A DNA stretch of 64,000 nt. Origin: Camelus dromedarius (lineage: Eukaryota). Location: the NCBI RefSeq assembly GCF_036321535.1, contig NC_087447.1, positions 44,828,001-44,892,000 on the forward strand, in the 5' to 3' direction. Below the pieces are notes generated by a model. That model was not told the origin of the DNA and did no database searches. It saw only the letters and a program-made list of their open reading frames with translations. Positions within the stretch are counted from its first letter, which is position 1. Each line of letters starts with the position of its first letter. The translations under genes were made by a program, and so were the position numbers. Of this stretch, positions 59,771 through 64,000 are shown one piece after another.

Positions 59771-61406
59771 AAAGAATTTCCTGGGACTGAGTTTGACCTA
59801 TGAATACAGAGCAATGTGAGGTTTCCTAGCCCACTGAGCCTGTGGTTTCCCACACAAGTCATCAGGATGTACAGGCTTGGGGGTGATCATCAACACAGGA
59901 CAATGTGGGCCCCTTGCTCAGGCACAGTTGCCTTTCCCTTCTCTGTCTCTCTGCCCAACCAGCTCTCCCTGGGGCAGCTTAGCTCTGTGTGCCTCTAGTG
60001 ATTCCAGAGACTAACTTTAGCTCTGTCCAGGTAGGTCTGTGTGTCTTCTGGGACCTGCCAACCGGTAATAAGAGCTTCCCTGATCAGTGCCTTGTTCATA
60101 GTCACCAACCTCTGCCTTGGGGAAGTATCAAGAGTAGACTTGCCTTTCAGAATGAAGATGACAAAACCGGCTAAGAGTTCTTGCATGGTATTTGGAAATG
60201 ACTATGAAGGTCATTTTCTTGCTGTGGAAAATGAGGTCAGGTTTGGAGCTTATGGTTTTGGGGAAGACTGTTGACAGTGGACTTCTGCCTTCCCCATAGC
60301 CCTGGCTTAGGAGTTATTTCTTGGTTGGCTACTATGGCTCTGAGTCTTCTAATATCTCTGGTTTGACTCTTAGTAAATCTATTTCCCTTTATTTCAGAGT
60401 AGCTGTTCTCCCCAAAACTAACTGACTGACTCCTCAAAACTAACTCTCTCTTTTCCAATCCCCTTAGCTTCTGCCCTTCAGGTCACACATGCTGTGCGCT
60501 AACCTATGAACTTGCAGACACTTCCCAGTGCCATTAAACCTTCATGGTCAGCTGAGGAATTCACAGGGGCCATTAGCATTCTCCTAGGTTGGCATCCTCA
60601 TCATCACATATGGTGTGTGGAGACAGAGCTGATTTACCTAATTTACCCAAGTCTGGCCAGAGCTACTACTCATCCTTCACATTTTTTGAAAACTTTACCT
60701 GCATGGACCTGGGTAATGTGTTTGATTTCCTCTTTGATATTCAGAGATTACAGTTCAGCCCTTCTGGGTACAATATCCTCTTTATCACTTCCAAGCTGGA
60801 CAGAAGATCACCATGGAGACTCAACCGAGACTCAGAGTGTTTCTGCAGCTGAGCAGAGAGGGCCATGGTGAAATCTTCTTGAGACTGGGAATGTTCTCTC
60901 TCTTTTTTAAAGTTCTCTCCATGATTCTGTCTCCCTCAACCCTTTGTGAAGATTGTAAAGCATGCACCCTCAAGAGATAGCCCCAAGACCAGGAGAACAG
61001 TGCCCCTGTATCAGGAATATTTTATTCATTGTTTCTGTGTCTCAGATATGACACCTGACCTCTGCCTTGGAGTGTTTGATTTCTGTTTCACCTTCTCCTG
61101 GTAGGTCATCACCATGAACTCTCTACTGCTGTGCCCTCCTCCAGTCTCTTTCTGGGTCTCTGCATCTCCCTTTTAGCACTATCGCAAAGTCCATGTCACT
61201 GTTAAGAAGATTAAGGAGACAAGGACAGACCACAGCCTACAGAGGAGCTCTCTGCCTGCCGTGACAGAGGCAGCAGCAGAAGTGACCAGTAGTGACCACA
61301 GGAGTCCCTCATTTCTGATACACACCTGGAATTCTGTCGTAGCTCTCAGGGCAGAGAGATTCAGTGTGGTTCCTCTGCCATGAGGCACCCAGAATATCAC
61401 TTAATG

Positions 61407-61503
61407 CTTTTTGTTTTTTGTTTTAATGGAGGCGCTGGAGATTGAGCCCATGACCTTGTGCGTGCTAAGCACGTGCTGTGCCACTGGGCTACAGTGCCCG
61501 CCC
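61407..61503 (-). mobile_element. Diverged Vic-1-type SINE
   Basis: Reverse complement reads ...GTAGCCCAGTGGCACAGCACGTGCTTAGCACGCACAAGGTCATGGGCTCAATCTCCAGCGCCTCC followed by an A-rich tail. Confidence 0.75.
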
Positions 61504-61929
61504 ATCAGGATACCACCTTAGGTGAGGAGCACTGGGGCTCCCTTAGTGCACCTCTCGTAGGTGCTCCACTTTCTGCTGCAACAGTCCCATCCCTTACGTT
61601 CAGTGTCTGCCTTGTCAAGTTCCCATGACTCCTGATTGTTTTATATGCTCAACTGTTTATTTTTAATGTAACCATATAGATTTATTTCTTCACCAGACAT
61701 TACAGAGTACCAGTTAACTTCTTGCCTTCTGGGACTTGCCCTGGGACTACTATCTTAAGCTAGGCGTAGTCCCTATTTTTTAAGGACTGACACAATAATG
61801 AGATGTACAGTGCAAGTTAATCAGTACAATGTGACCTTTATAGGAAAGAAGAGGAGACAAGCCAGGCTGCCTTACAGAATTTGGGGACAGCTTCTGAGAA
61901 GAGAGGTTGCTTGGACTGGATTTACATGA

Positions 61930-62100
61930 ATAATTAGGGATGTACAACTTCAATGTTTTTTGCTAATTGACCCCTGCTTTTTGGTCAGAGAGGTAAATAT
62001 ATTTTCATTTTTCGATTCCTGGGAATCAAGTCCCTTCATCTTTTCCCCTAAGAATCACTGAGGGACCACTTGTTGACTTCAGTAATGAATGTTTAATAAA
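61930..62100 (+). promoter_or_regulatory. Candidate OR promoter (homeodomain plus O/E-like sites) for the OR52L/X-like gene
   Basis: TAATTA at 61931, TAATTG at 61964, TTCCTGGGAAT at 62016 (O/E-like) and TAATGA at 62083, clustered ~0.9 kb upstream of the CDS. Confidence 0.35.
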
Positions 62101-62933
62101 CAACTCTAAGCTTTCCCCCTAGACTCACAAACTTCACAGCGCAAAGAAGAGGCAGGTTACTCAGGCACACGCATCTCTGCTTCTCCTTCAACCGCGGAAG
62201 TTTGGCTTCACCTTCCATTGCTCTGCTGACACGGCTGCTATCAAAGCAATGGGTGCACAAATGCTCAGCTGTCCTCTGACTTCTCAGCTGACACATGAGA
62301 AAGGACCTAATGCGTAGCAGAAGAGAATTAACGTTCTCACTATGTAGGAGGTTAAGCACTGAAATGTGAATTTCGGTAAGATTAAGAGATTCTCCTGGAG
62401 GTCTCAATAAAACAGATGTCACTGATACGTGAAGTTATCAGTGGATTTGAATCTGGAAGGAAAACAAAGGCCGGGAGATACGTACCAACCAGGCATTTCA
62501 GATTTTGTACCTGCCACGGTCAGAATTTGGGGGCAATATTATAGTCATTGTTGATTTATAAAGAAGACAGTAGGAGTGAACTATAGATGCATAATCCACA
62601 AGAACTGAGTCATTCCTGACTCTTTTAATACATGCATATACATATATACCCCCCCTTACATAGAAAAATACAATTATCTCACATTGTGTCTAAGACAGAC
62701 CCATATACACAAACATATCCAGTTTCAAGGTTTTTGTTTTAATGCTAGGGAGGTTAAACACAGCACTATTTAATTGTTATTGTGGAGATGTTAGAAGCTC
62801 TGAAGCATCATGATCAGATACAGGCGCAGCAAAAGTTTGAAACAGAGAAGCATTGGGAAAAAAGAAAATGTATCAGGAATAGAGAAATCATGATTTTGGT
62901 TTCTTCTGCCTCTTCTTCCTTTCCAGGCTGTTG

Positions 62934-63887
62934 ATGATGGCTCTGAGTAATTCCAGCTGGAGGCTGCTCCAGCCTTCTTTTTTCCTGATTGGCATCCCAG
63001 GTTTAGAGGAAAGCCAGCACTGTATAGCATTGCCGCTGTGTGTCCTTTACCTCCTTGCCCTAGTGGGCAATGTCACCATCCTCTTCACCATCTGGACTGA
63101 CCCATCCTTGTACCAGCCTATGTACCTCTTTCTGGCCATGCTGTGTGGCATTGACCTGGTTCTGGCCTCCTCCACTGCCCCCAGAACCCTGGCAGTGCTC
63201 CTGGTTCATGCCCATGAGATTGGGTACATGGTCTGCCTGATGCAGATGTTCTTCATCCATGCGTTCTCTTCCATGGAGTCAGGTGTCCTTGTGGCCATGG
63301 CTCTGGATCGCTACATAGCCATCTGTCACCCTCTGCACCATTCCACCATCCTGCATCCAGGGATCATAGGGCGCATTGGAGTGGCAGTGCTGGTGTGGGG
63401 ATTACTCCTGCTCCTCCCCTTCCCCATCCTGCTGCAGAGACTTGTCTTCTGTCGGGCCACTGTCATAGGCCATGCCTATTGTGAACACATGGCTGTGGTA
63501 AAACTTGCCTGCTCAGAAACCACAGTGAACTGAGATTATGGGTTGGCAGTGGCATTGCTTGTGGTTGGTCTAGACATCCTGGCCATTGGTATTTCTTATG
63601 CCCACATCCTCCAGGCAGTGCTGAAGGTACCAGGGGTTGAGGCCCAACTTAAGGCTTTTAGCACATGTGGGTTTCATATTTGTGTCATCTTGGTCTTCTA
63701 TGTTCCTGGAATGTTCTCCTTCCTCACTTACCGCTTTGGCCATCATGTGCCCCATCACACCCATGTTCTTCTGGCCACACTCTACCTCCTTGTGCCACCT
63801 GCTCTCAATCCACTTGTCTATGGGGTAAAGACTCAGCAGATCCGCCAGCGAGTACTCAGGGTGTTATACATAAAAGGATGGGTCTAA
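62934..63887 (+). pseudogene. OR52L1/OR52X1-like olfactory receptor pseudogene with in-frame TGA at 63531-63533
   Basis: SNSSWRLLQPSFFLIGIPGLEESQH N-terminus, MALDRYIAIC and HAYCEHMAVVKLAC motifs. The sequence reads N-*-D-Y-G where family members read N-R-A-Y-G, and downstream ORF 63543..63887 is in the same frame. Confidence 0.88.
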
Positions 63888-64000
63888 CACATCCCAGTTA
63901 TTTTCTTCAGGGGCTCCTGCCAAAGACACTGCCAGGAGCCCATGGTTGGCCTTGGCCATGTGGATAGAGGTCATTCCACAGTGGGAAGTCCTCCTACTCG

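Noticed and set aside
62890..62933. Upstream ATG giving an OR52L1-like N-terminal extension
   Set aside because: The ATG at 62890 is 44 nt before the CDS ATG, out of frame and closed by TGA; the segment also looks like an acceptor pyrimidine tract.

Overview
Mammalian (eutherian) genomic DNA, most likely a camelid, inferred from tRNA-Ala-derived Vic-1-type SINEs. The window lies at the edge of the class I olfactory receptor cluster (orthologous to human 11p15.4). It contains the last six coding exons of FHIP1B/FAM160A2 (+), the complete three-exon C11orf42 (-, 333 aa, tail-to-tail with FHIP1B), OR52W1 (-), OR52B2 (+, open ORF but DRY arginine changed to Cys), an OR52B1-type pseudogene (+, one nonsense codon), an intact OR56B4-like gene (-) and an OR52L/OR52X-type pseudogene (+, one nonsense codon). 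The rest is largely L1, L2, MIR, MaLR/ERV LTR and Tigger/hAT remnants; repeat family names and boundaries are by eye. The most notable unexplained structures are (i) an orphan ~1 kb CpG island at 34.1-35.2 kb that appears to be built on GC-enriched ancient MIR/L2 sequence and has a plausible splice path into the OR52B1 pseudogene, (ii) a dense RBFOX (TGCATG) and hairpin cluster inside a FHIP1B intron, (iii) repeated C>T lesions at key residues of four of the five ORs, and (iv) possible degenerate coding relics, one of them intermediate-filament-like. There is no CRISPR, rRNA or prokaryotic system.
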